A stretch of 64,000 nt of DNA, from positions 214,644,001 through 214,708,000 of the forward strand of contig OZ024740.1 in NCBI GenBank assembly GCA_964016885.1, written 5' to 3'. Shown here piece by piece: positions 28,805 through 41,729 of this stretch. A program made the translations under genes and the position numbers. The notes beneath the pieces were generated by a model. The model saw only the letters and a program-made list of their open reading frames with translations, did not search any database and had not been told where the DNA came from. Source of the DNA: Eledone cirrhosa (lineage: Eukaryota). Every line of letters starts with the position of its first letter. Within the stretch, counting starts at the first letter, position 1.

Positions 28805-29081
28805 CTAAATACATATATGATGCCCATTAAAAGAGAGAAAAGAGAGAAAGAGTTCTGTAAGGACCTAAGAATTGGTGCGTGAATGATTGATTCGATGAGA
28901 TATGTATATCAGTATGACGTTGGTAGCATATGAAGGTGGCGTGTTGATTCTCAGAAGAATTACAGAAAACCACTTAGAATGAATATATAGGAAATTACTG
29001 TCTGTATAGAGGTAGTAGAGAGTTGGTTTAGTATAGCTATAGTTAGGAGCTATTCCTTTACACACACACACACATACACAC

Positions 29082-29163
<82 letters not shown>

Positions 29164-29164
29164 G

Positions 29165-29225
<61 letters not shown>

Positions 29226-29571
29226 GCACACACACACACACACACACACACATAATACTCGCACAGACACGTACAGACACATATATATGTATATATTATA
29301 TATAGATAAATACACACACATTTACACACACACACACATATATATATATACACACACACACATATATGTGCGTAGACGCACTTGTAGAAATATGTATATA
29401 TATATATGTGAGTGTGCATGTGTGTATGCATATACAGACAAATTATATATATATATACATACAATTTTACTGTTACAGGAAAGTTACGGTCGGCAGAGTT
29501 TACAATGGCGATCTCCATAAAGCAAGTGAAGTGGCATTATGATTGTAAACTAAATATAATGGAGGGGAAAC

Positions 29572-29657
<86 letters not shown>

Positions 29658-29753
29658 AATATTGACAGTTGGACTGTGTGGAAGTACTGTGACAACAACG
29701 TTGTACGAATGAGAGAATTATTTTTTATATTATGAAGAATCAATAAATATAAG

Positions 29754-29845
<92 letters not shown>

Positions 29846-29881
29846 ATATATTATATGTACATATATACATACATATATATA

Positions 29882-29942
<61 letters not shown>

Positions 29943-30058
29943 CTATATATATATATATATTATATGTACATATATACATACATATATTTTTTTTCATACA
30001 TACACACACAGACATATGTGTATATATATATATATATTTGCATGCACACACACATATG

Positions 30059-30113
<55 letters not shown>

Positions 30114-30789
30114 ATATATATATTCCAAAATCGATTTTAAGAATACAAAGAAAGTAAAATAGAAAAGGGTCATGGAAGCTAGAGGCAAATTCCCTGTGAG
30201 GCAATAATGGACGATATGGGATATAATAGGCTGAAGCAGAAGATCCATTAAACTTTTGTTATTTATATTAGTTTTATTGTATTATTCATATCACATGAAA
30301 TAATTAGAAAAAAAGATTCTTTTGAAAATTGTACCGAATATTTTAATATTGGACTTCAAATGGCGACGACTGAGAAATCCGCCTGAATTTAGCATAATTT
30401 ATTCAATGATTCTAATTGTATACACAACAGAGGGGCGAGGGTCAGACATTCGTGTCTCCTTGTAATTTATTATATCAAGCTTCTATAGTCGAATTGTAAC
30501 GGAGACGATTTCCCTTTCATCTTCTCTGAATCGATATAGTAAGTACCAGTAATAAACCAGGGTTAATATAATGTCGACTTTAATTGTGTCTATACTAACA
30601 ATTAATATAATATGTAATTATGATGGTATTGATATTTTATTACCTCTCTTTATGATATAAGCAACACTCGTATTGGGGTGAATGTTAGCGTTTATTCATG
30701 CACTATCGATACAGTAAGTACCAGGTGAATACTGGGGTCGATTAAGTCGACTCTAAGCGTCTCACAAATATGATGCTTTAGGTATATCT

Positions 30790-31562
30790 TAAGATATGTT
30801 AGATGTGAGACAATATCTAGAGATGTGACACTAGAATTGTGAGACAATATCTAGAGATGTGAGACAATATCTAGAGATGTGAGACACTAGAGAAGTAAGA
30901 AATATCGAGAGATGTGAGACTATATCTAGAGATGTCAGACAATATCTAGAGATGTCAGACAATATCTAGAGATGTGAGACTATATCTAGAGATGTGAGAC
31001 AATATCTAGAGATGTGAGACAATATCTAGAGATGTGAGACAATATCTAGAGATGTGAAATAATATCTAGAGATGTGAGATAATATCTAGAGATGTGAAAC
31101 ACTAGAGATGTGAGACTATATCTAGAGATGTGAGACACTAGAGATGTGAGACAATATCTAGAGATGTGAGACAATATCTAGAGATGTGAAATAATATCTA
31201 GAGAAGTAAGACAATATCGAGAGATGTGAGACAATATCTAGAGATGTGAGACTATTTCTAGAGATGTGAGACTATATCTAGAGATGTGAGACAATATCTA
31301 GAGATGTGAAACACTAGAGATGTGAGACTATATCTAGAGTTGTGAGACAATATCTGGAGATGTGAAACACTAGAGATGTGAGACTATATCTAGAGTTGTG
31401 AGACAATATCTAGAGATGTGAGACAATATCTAGAGATGTGAGATAATATCTAGTAATGTGAGGTAGTATCTACAGATGTGAGACAATATCTAGAGATGTG
31501 AGACACTAGAATTGTGAGACAATATCTAGAGATATGACACAATATCTAGTAATGTGAGACAA
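30790..31562. repeat. 20-bp minisatellite (tctagagatgtgagacaata)n with 16-bp deletion variants
   Basis: Direct periodicity. Confidence 0.96.
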
Positions 31563-32055
31563 TTAAGTCAGAAATGTTATTGCTATTATGCAGTGTGTGT
31601 GAGAGAGAGTGTGAGTGTGAGAGAGCGCGCGTGTGTGCGTGTTCATGTGTGAGTGTGAGTGTGAGAGCGTGTGTTTGTATGTGTGTGTGTCTATGAGTGT
31701 GTGTCAGCATTATTAACCATTTCGTCTGAAGACTGCCACCCTACTCCTACCCTAATATGTCGTCCGTCTCGTGGTTCGGGCCACCGACAAGATGGAGAAG
31801 ACATTACCATGGAGGACGGAGAGATATTTTGATAAATTACGACATTTTATTACAGTGCTGAGTTTCGATGTCGAGGTATCGGCTTTGTTTTATGGGATCG
31901 ATTAAAACAAGAGCCAATCAACTACTAGGGTTGAATTGATTCACTTTACACATCTAGTGTGATTTGTGAACTGACGTCAGTTTTAGAAACTGATACAATA
32001 TTTTAAAAGAGCCGCTACTTCTCCGATTTGAGAGATCACAGTTCTGATACTATGG

Positions 32056-32390
32056 GCACGTGGTTAGAATGTCTCGGGAAAGAATCGCTGGACAGATTTT
32101 ACGGGCAAAACCAACCGACAGGGGACCCATAGGTAGACCCCGAGCAAGATGGCTGGATAACATCCATGAGCTGGTCTAGTCTCCCTTGGGGATCCAGCCA
32201 GATCAGTTGGAGACTGTTGGTTCTGACATGACCCGCTGGAACGTGTGTTTGAGGACCCTGCCCCCACGACCCAGCCCCAGAAGAAGAAGAAGAAGAAGAA
32301 GAAGAAGAAGAAGAAGAAGAAGAAGAAGAAGAAGAAGAAGAAGAAGAAGAAGAAGAAGAAGAAGAAGAAGAAGAAGAAGAAGAAGAAGAA
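32056..32390 (+). mobile_element. 3' end of RTE/Expander-like LINE with (AAG)n tail
   Basis: HVVRMSRERIAGQIL..GRPRARWLDNI...LGI...W...LRTLPPRP then (AAG)n. Confidence 0.8.
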
Positions 32391-33033
32391 GATTGACGCT
32401 GAGACACAACTCCACTTGAACTGGCGTTCTGTTGCTACACAGATTGCTGGTTCTGTGGATCAAGTTCAGATACTATTATAAAAGTGGTAAACCATTTAGA
32501 AAGAGGATTCTCGGCATCGGATACAGTGCCTCAGATTCAGCACATTACATAAGGCTTTAGTGGGGGCGAGGGACTTCTATCTAAAATATTTACGTGTTTA
32601 GCTATAACACGGTCAGATATATATATGACCATACGTTCCTCTCTATTGCAGTTGAACGGTGTATTAGTGAGCATTTGTTCAGAGCTGTCGTATTCCATTT
32701 CTCTAATGAAGAACTCAGCTCTATATGCAGATGAGGCTGATCAGCCCATGTACATAGGGGTTAAAACTATATGTTTTCGCCTATATTGAGTGCCAACAGA
32801 GAGCAAGGTAAGGTAGCACTGTCATGATAACGACCAGAGTCAGAAACAATGATCGTCGTCGACAGTTAGCCCCCCCTGCTTCTGCTGGGACCGCTAGATG
32901 CTGCTACGTCTTCAGTTTTCAAATTTCATAACTGAAGGCTTTCAAAATATTTGTTCATAAACATACCGTATATTACTAGATATACAAAATACTCTGACTT
33001 ATTATATACGTTAGAGCGAACACCTTAAAACAA

Positions 33034-33460
33034 ATAATAATTGTTTCTACTTTTGGCACAAAGCCAACAATTACCTCAGTGTATTACTGGTGCTTTATTT
33101 TATCGACCCCATAAGGATGAAAGGCAAAGTTAACCTCAGCGGGATTTGAACTCAGACCATAGATGGCTTTAATTCTATGTTGCAAAGCATGGAGTCCGAC
33201 CTTCTACAGATACTGCCAATTCACCGCCCTTAAAGCAAATAATAATGGTTTCTTATATAGGCACAAGGCCTGCAATTTTGAGCGGGAGGGGAAAGTCGAT
33301 TAAATCGATCCCAGTATGTGACTGGTACTTTATATTATCGACCCCTTAAGGATGAAAGGCAAAGTTAAACTCGGTGGGATTTGAACTCAGATCATAAAGA
33401 GTCATAATTCTATGTTGCAAAGCATGGCGTCCGACCCTCTACCGATACTGCCAATTCACC
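33034..33460 (-). mobile_element. Two tandem SINE-A copies (33034-33228, 33238-33460)
   Basis: Head, core and tail match. Confidence 0.9.
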
Positions 33461-33798
33461 ATATCAAAGGAAGAGACTTACCTTGAAAATGTTATTACTT
33501 ATATAAAATGAAGTGAAATAACTGTGAGTGAAAGCAAGATATTCGGTTGAGAGACGGCTTATTTCTAATTCTACAGCATTCACATAGTCACTTTATTGAT
33601 AACTATTGATTTCTATATTTACAAATACACTAACTTGTACAATTGTGAGAGGATTCTTGAAATGAAGACGGACGTATGTTCCCCAAGGGTATTAAAGATA
33701 TATGAATAGAATGAATTAGCTTTAATTAGCGAAACCAGCGTTCACTATTTTGCCTTCAGGAAGGTTATATTGTATTTGTCATGAAGTTACACACACAC

Positions 33799-33907
<109 letters not shown>

Positions 33908-33932
33908 ATATATATGTATATATATATATATG

Positions 33933-34627
<695 letters not shown>

Positions 34628-34924
34628 GTTAGAATATGTGTAATAAGGCCAAGACAATGCAGGTATGGACATAGAAAAAAGAATGCAATAGTGAAAGATA
34701 TTGATGTGAATTCGTCTTTCACCTTGAATTTATTTAAATGTCCTTAATTTTCGAGATAATATCTCTTCTTCGGGGGGAAGTAAAGGTCTCAGACCAGCGT
34801 CTTTAAATCTCTAATGAAGCCATGCTGACCGGAAATAGTATAGAGTATATATATATATATATATATGTACGTATGTGTGTCGGTGTGTGTGTTTACATAC
34901 ACACAAATATATATATATATATAA

Positions 34925-35280
34925 GGCTTGAGCCCGTGCTATCCGCCCACATCAAAAATCAAACTCGCATCTCACGACAACAATACGGTACAATTATTTC
35001 ACCTCAATTGGCCCCGCTCTCTTTAACATTACACTAAAACACATTAAAACAGAAACAGACTCCATAAAATTCAAAACGTTTCTGGACATGTGTAAAGTGA
35101 ACCAAGAAATTCCGAATAAACCTCCTACACTCGGATATGTCTCCGTAAACAATAACTCTCTACTTGAGTGGGACATGGTGTCCAAATCCTGATTTGGAAG
35201 ACTTCGCCAGGTTGTGCTATTAATTTAGACATGCCCTGGGCCAATACTGGCCGAAACCTATCAAAGTTATCAAAGTTATA
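34925..35280 (+). mobile_element. CR1-like LINE 3' end
   Basis: NYFTSIGPALFN...FKTFLD...IPNKP..GY...NNSLLEW then stop; 3' stem-loop ggcc-aatact-ggcc; terminal (tatcaaagt)2. Confidence 0.75.
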
Positions 35281-35303
35281 CACACACATATATATATATA
35301 TAT

Positions 35304-35572
35304 AATATGTATAAATATTTCGTATCTCCAAGGAAATACAATTTTAGGAAGCCACAGCTATGCAAATACCGGGGGCTAACGCCCTCTGGTGATGTCCAGC
35401 AGAAGCAAGGGGGACAACCGTCTATGCATTTCAGGCTTAACTGGCCTTCGTTAGGATGGTCCCTCCCACCGGTGTTTGCATAGCTACGGCTTCCTAAAAC
35501 CGTATTGCCTTGGAGATACGAAATATTTATACATATTGTATAAAGCTATGCTTGAAGCGAAATCCTATTTCT
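35304..35572. repeat. Fold-back unit: arms 35304-35372 / 35469-35537, flanked by (TA)n
   Basis: Imperfect reverse-complement arms; no intact hammerhead core. Confidence 0.8.
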
Positions 35573-35594
35573 CTCTCTATATATATATTTATAT

Positions 35595-35934
<340 letters not shown>

Positions 35935-35962
35935 AATAAAATATAGAGTTAATAACTCATAT

Positions 35963-36176
35963 TGAAGGCGTGTGGCTGAGTGGTTAGAGAATTGGATTCG
36001 CAATCGTAAGGTTGTGAGTTCGATTCCTGGACCAGGCGATGCGTTATGTCCTTGACCAAGACACTTTATTTCACGTTGCTCCTTCTACCTGGAGTTGCGA
36101 CCGATAGATAGTATTAGCAATTGGAAAGACCAACGGAAACATTGTTCCCTCGGTCCGATTTGACGAAAGTCGGTCG
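35963..36176 (+). mobile_element. tRNA-derived SINE, family B
   Basis: tggctgagtgg A-box, gagttcgattcc B-box; matches 28591-28804. Confidence 0.9.
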
Positions 36177-36328
36177 TCCTCTATATATATATATATATAT
36201 ATATATAGGAGGTGAGTTTTATTGTAGCACAATAAAGCAATGCAAATATCGGATAAGTAGCACTCCACAGTTTATAGGACTGGATTATATATAATATAAG
36301 ATCAAAAGATGGTTAAAAGAGTTCCAAG

Positions 36329-36399
36329 TATTTTATTATGTGCATTTCAAAAACAAATATCATCATGGGGTGATATTTGCGTTCTCATCAGATAAAATA
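36329..36399 (-). ncRNA. Type-I hammerhead ribozyme motif
   Basis: Reverse-complement copy of 38166-38236. Confidence 0.78.
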
Positions 36400-36630
36400 G
36401 GGAGACATGATATGAAACTTAAAAAGCACTTGCGAGCAGTGAAGTGTTAAATCAACATATTAAAAATAAAGTAAGATGGATATATGATTGGGAAAAAAAA
36501 GGAGGGGGGGGTAGGAAAAAGTAAGGAAAAGGAAGAAAGAAAATAAAGGATGACGGGGGAGGAGTATAAGAAGGAAGGATGAGAGAGGAGGAGAAATGAG
36601 TGATAGAGAGAGAGAAATAGCCTTTACAAC

Positions 36631-37163
36631 AATTTAAATCAGTTCCTATCGTAAATAACTTCTTTAATCCAATTCCTTCTATAAATAATACTAGGTCACT
36701 TGTTAATAACTCTGTTAATTTCTCTAATCGTAATTACAATTGCCCTGTTAGAACTAAATGTCCTCTTAATAACCAATGTCTTGATAAAAACTTAGTGTAT
36801 GAATGTAAGGTTATAACTGGTACTAATTCTTTTACCTATTTCGGTTCCACTTCCACTTCCTTTAAAGCAAGATTTTATAATTACAAATCGTCTTCTAAAT
36901 ACCAAGTTAAAAGAACTAACACGGCACTCTCGGAACTCATATGGTCCGTAAAAGACAAAAATATTAACTATAACATCTCTTGGAAGAAGGTTTGCAACGC
37001 CTTTCCTTACTGGAATTCTTCCCTATCCGGAACATGTAATCTCTGCCTAGCCGAGAAATTTACCATTATATCTAATTTTAATTCTATAATAAATAGACGT
37101 ACAGATTTATTTTCGCTCTGCTTGCATAAATCCCATAGAACTTTCCATAAAGTATACAGCTAA
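36631..37163 (+). pseudogene. PLE C-terminal Cys-rich linker and GIY-YIG endonuclease fragment
   Basis: NCPVRTKCPLNNQCL..LVY....YFGST..FKARF..TALSELIW..CNLCLAEK..INRR..CLH. Confidence 0.88.
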
Positions 37164-38165
37164 TATCTCAATACCTAATTAGTTTAAAATCTTCTTTTCT
37201 CAAAGGCTTTTATATCTTTTACAAATATACCCATCTTTCTACCTTATTTCAGTATATTATATTATACAATTTACTCATTCTATGTTGTTAGAGGTCCCCT
37301 ATCTTTATTCTTTTTATCTTTTTTCCTTTCTTCCTTTTTTCTTTTTTTCTTTTTTAATTTCTAATCTTTAATCTGTAACTTTTACTTCTCAATTACTTCT
37401 TAATTCATATTATTACTCACTATGGCATTTTCCGTTTTTCCATTTTTCGTTATATTATTGGCCATAGAAACTATATCTTTTTTAATATATAATAATATTA
37501 CCATTAGAAAATGTTGTAAACATATATACTTTTTGACTTTAGATATTTTTTCTTCCTTAAATTTTCTTCTTTCTTCTCTCCTTCCGTGCTCGTATTAAAC
37601 CTATTATTTACTTTTACATATTACAATACATAAAAACAAACTTAAACCCTAACTAATTCCTCTAAGTTCATAATTCATTCAATCTCTCCTTCTTTCATAT
37701 TATATCCTTAATATCCTTAATATTTTATTTTAATAATACATATTAATAAATTCTTTTTTTCGCACATATTATTAAACCCTTCAATATATAAACCTTAAAT
37801 AAATAAATTCCTTTTTCTTTATTCATAAACATCACCATCCATAAACCTCATTAACTTTTAATTTCAAATTCTTTTTAAATTATCTATTATCTTTCAACGG
37901 TTTTTTAATTTCTCTCTGTGAGACAATGTTTTCTCAGTTGTAAAGGCTATTTCTCTCTCTCTATCACTCATTTCTCCTCCTCTCTCATCCTTCCTTCTTA
38001 TACTCCTCCCCCGTCATCCTTTATTTTCTTTCTTCCTTTTCCTTACTTTTTCCTACCTGCCCCTCCTTTTTTTCCCAATCATATATCCATCTTACTTTAT
38101 TTTTCATATGTTGATTTAACACTTTCTGCTCGCAAGTGTTTTTTAAGCTTCATATCATGTCTCCC

Positions 38166-38236
38166 TATTTTATCTGATGAGAACGCAAATATCATCCCAT
38201 GATGATATTTGTTTTTGAAATGCACATAATAAAATA
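38166..38236 (+). ncRNA. Type-I hammerhead ribozyme motif
   Basis: tattttat-CTGATGA-gaacgcaaatatcatc-ccat-gatgatatttgttttt-GAAA-tgcaca-TA-ataaaata. Confidence 0.82.
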
Positions 38237-38297
38237 CTTGGAACTCTTTTAACCGTCTTTTGATCTTATATATATATATAATATAATACATGCATAC

Positions 38298-38337
<40 letters not shown>

Positions 38338-38354
38338 CATACACTTTCTCAGAG

Positions 38355-38590
38355 GCCATAACTAAATTGCTGTAAGCCATGATGGTCGACCCTTTACCTA
38401 TACTGCCAATCCACCGCCTTTCATGGTATCTGAATTAGGCACAAGGCCAACAATTTGGGTGGGGGAGTCGAATAAATCGGTCCGGTGCGTTACTGTTACT
38501 TTATTGTATCGACCCCGTTAGAATGAAAGGCAAAGCTAATCTCGGCGGGATTTGAACTCAGAACGTAAATGGCCATAACTCTATGCCACT
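38355..38590 (-). mobile_element. SINE-A fragments (head 38355-38420; body 38437-38590)
   Basis: Head, core and tail similarity. Confidence 0.75.
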
Positions 38591-40067
38591 AAACACTTAT
38601 AATATCGCTTCAAAGGGAATGTCTTGAAGTCTTCGGTTATGTTGAAGATTATCTTTGCATGGCGAGGTCTAAGGTTACTGTTATAGTATTTAATCTTCAG
38701 TTCACTAGCAAATAACTCGGTTAGGTTATCGTTCAGCTAAACACAATGACCTTTATCGATCCTATCGATTTTACTTGTGGAAAGACTTCTCGACGAAACA
38801 GCAATTCTTTCAAATGTTTTCACTTCACACCACCACCAACAATTATACAAGCAATTCCTACAACTGTTTAGAAAGGAAGTTGAAAACAACAATTTGTGAA
38901 TCAATATGAGAGAGAGAAAAAAAAAAACCGTCGACTTTTTATTGTAATAAAATATCAAAAGTGTTTATATCAGTGGTCATGATAAAAATTGCAGTGAGCT
39001 TACAAGAAAATGTGCAATCAGGAAATGAGAGTTAAGATGCATTAGTGAAGTTATCGGCCTGCCAATCATTTGGAGTGCTTAGCTATAAAAAAAAATTAAA
39101 TTGAATGTTACTTCCTCAGGCAGTTTACTCATTTGAATCAGTAGAAAAGAAAAAAAGATGAGAAAAACAGTTGAAGAAGGAAAAAGAAAGCATATTTCTT
39201 ATTGTTTAACAAAGGAGTCAACGGCAATTAGACAGTATTGGGTGCAGTACGCTGTTGTTTTTTGTTATTTTCATAATCAGCAGTAATAAATTTTTGAAAC
39301 AACTAATTTAAAAGTTTATGACAGCATTTTAGAGAAATCTAAATTATAGTTTTCTTCGTAAAACATGTGGACATTGTTTTGTTTGTTTTCTTCTCACTTC
39401 CTTCCTCATACACTTTCTTTATCTTCTTATACCTTCTCCTTCTTCCTTTTTCTTTCTCCTCTTCTTATACCATACCTTCTTCTCCTTTCTTTCTCTTCTT
39501 CTTATACTCTTTCCTTCCTCTTCTCTCCTCTTCATCTTAACTATTTCCATCTCCCTCTCACTTCTCCTTCCTCTTTTACTCTCTCCTTCTCCCTCTCTCT
39601 TTCTCTTCCTCTTCCCTCCTTTTCCGCTTAACTATTTCCATCTCTCTCTCACTTCCTCTTCCTCTTTTACTCTCTCCTTCTCCCTCTCTCTTTCTCTTCC
39701 GCTTAACTATTTCCATCTCCTTCTCACTTCCTCTTCCTCTTTTACTCTCTCTTTCTCTTCCTCTTTTACCATCTCCTTCTCCCTCCCACTTTCTATTTTT
39801 TTTTCTTCACCGTTGCCGGGGGTGGGAGGTGCGGTATATAAAATATTCCGCTGCAGGCAATGATTCCAATGGGAGTTCCTTAATGAGACACTCCATCTTG
39901 GGGCATTTGCTGTTTGAAACAAAGAACTAGAGAAGATATTTCACGTGGTGAGGTTTAGAAGAAGACAGAATCATACTGACTCCGCTGACTCCGGGGGAGA
40001 AGAGCACGTGACATGTACGAAATGACGTAAGAGAGGAAAAAATATAGACACAAACTGCTTCTTGGAT

Positions 40068-40640
40068 AACAGTGGATAACAGACTTTGCGGCATATATTT
40101 ATGTCCTTAGTTTAATTTATATTCTGAGTTCAAAGTTAAGGTTAACTGTACCTTTCACCCTTACGGGGTCGATAAAATAAAGTACCATTGGGGTCGATTT
40201 AATCGACCACCCCCTTCCCCAAAATTACTGGCATTGTGCCTATATAAGAAACCATTCTTATAGGATCAATAAAATAAAGTACCAGTAATGCACTGCGGGG
40301 TGGGGGGGGGGGGGGGGTTTCAATGTAATCAACTTTCCCCTGCCCCTAATATTGGTGGCCTTGTGCCTTATATAAGAACCCATTATTGTTCCTATTGTGG
40401 TGGTGAATTGGCAGTAATCGGTAGAGCGCCGGACATGTTTTGCAACATATAGTTACATCATTTTACGGAGTTGAAACCCCGCCGGTGTTAGCTTTACCTT
40501 TCATTCTTACAGGATCAATAAAATAAAGTACCAGTAATGCACTGGGGATGAGGTGGGGGTGTTTGGAATGTAATCACCCCCCCCCCTTCCCTCCTCTCCC
40601 CCTAATTGGTCGCCTTGCGCCTAAATCAGAAAACATTATT
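40068..40640 (+). mobile_element. Cluster of three tandem SINE-A copies or fragments
   Basis: Repeated gataaaataaagtaccag core and ttgtgcct..agaaac tails. Confidence 0.8.
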
Positions 40641-40654
40641 GTTGCTACTGTAGC

Positions 40655-40832
40655 TGTTGTTTAGCCCCAGGTCAGCTATGATCGTACCAACCAATGATCT
40701 AACTACCAGCATGTCACTTTTCAGACATTGTATGTTCAACACTATATCATCCAATATGTCCTTGCTTCACTTGGGTGGTTTGGACGGAGATTTGACTGCT
40801 ATTTCTGGCAGGTGTCACGATCACATAGGGGA
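40655..40832 (+). repeat. Unclassified interspersed repeat; related pieces at about 12280-12460, 41540-41700 and 55850-55990
   Basis: Shared ttgtttagccccagg start and gatttagctgctatttct...cacatagaggc end motifs. Confidence 0.55.
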
Positions 40833-40875
40833 TTCATCACAAGTCGATGTAAGAGTAATAGATGAGATACATACA

Positions 40876-41540
40876 GTGATGGTGATGATGGTGGTGATGA
40901 TGATGATTGTGATGATGATGGTGGTGATGGTGGTGATGATGGTGGTGGTGGTGATGATGATGATGGTGATGATGGTGATGATGGTGGTGATGATGATGGT
41001 GATGATGATGGTGATGATGGTGGTGGTGGTGATGATGATGGTGATGATGATGGTGATGATGGTGGTGGTGGTGATGATGATGGTGATGATGATGGTGATG
41101 ATGGTGGTGATGATGGTGGTGGTGATGATGGTGGTGGTGATGATGGTGATGATGATGGTGATGATGGTGGTGATGATGGTGGTGATGATGGTGGTGGTGG
41201 TGATGGTGATGATGGTGGTGGTGCTGATGATTGTGATGATGGTGGTGGTGCTGATGATGATGGTGGTGGTGATGGTGATGATGAGGATGATGGTGGTGAT
41301 TGTGATGATGGTGGTGGTGCTGATGATGATGGTGGTGGTGATGGTGATGATGAGGATGATGGTGGTGATTGTGATGATTGTGATGATGATGATGATGGTG
41401 GTGATTGTGATGATTGTGATGATGATGATGATGATGGTGATGATGATGGTGATGATGATGGTGATGATGGTGATGATGATGGTGATGATGGTGATGATGG
41501 TGATGATGATGATGATGATGGATAGGAGGAGGAGGAGGAG
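40876..41540. repeat. (GAT/GGT)n trinucleotide array
   Basis: Direct reading. Confidence 0.95.
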
Positions 41541-41729
41541 GCTGTTTAACCCTGAATTAACCTCATATAACAAACTTGTGATTTATTATCTTTCCGTCAT
41601 GTTTATCCATAATCTATTTTAAGGTGAGGGGGGGGTGACTTGAGGGGGGTTTAGCTGTTGTTTCTAATAAGTAGAGTGGCCACATAGAGGCTGCCTTGTG
41701 GACCTGCTATGTTATTGTTTGGTAGTTTA

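Larger units (their letters stand above)
36295..38270 (+). mobile_element. 5'-truncated Penelope-like element with inverted pLTRs (36295-36630 / 37937-38270)
   Basis: About 335-bp inverted arms enclosing a GIY-YIG fragment; hammerhead in each arm; right end in (TA)n. Confidence 0.92.

Noticed and set aside
30790-31562. CRISPR array or Tn5/Nextera adapter concatemer
   Set aside because: No unique spacers and no cas genes; the unit shares only agatgtg/agac with the mosaic end and shows natural divergence.
34740-34778. Additional minus-strand hammerhead (ccgaaga-a-gagat..atctc-gaaa)
   Set aside because: Core variant with no convincing stem I; at best a decayed motif.
35963-36035. tRNA gene
   Set aside because: The tRNA-like head runs straight into a SINE core and has diverged copies elsewhere in the window.
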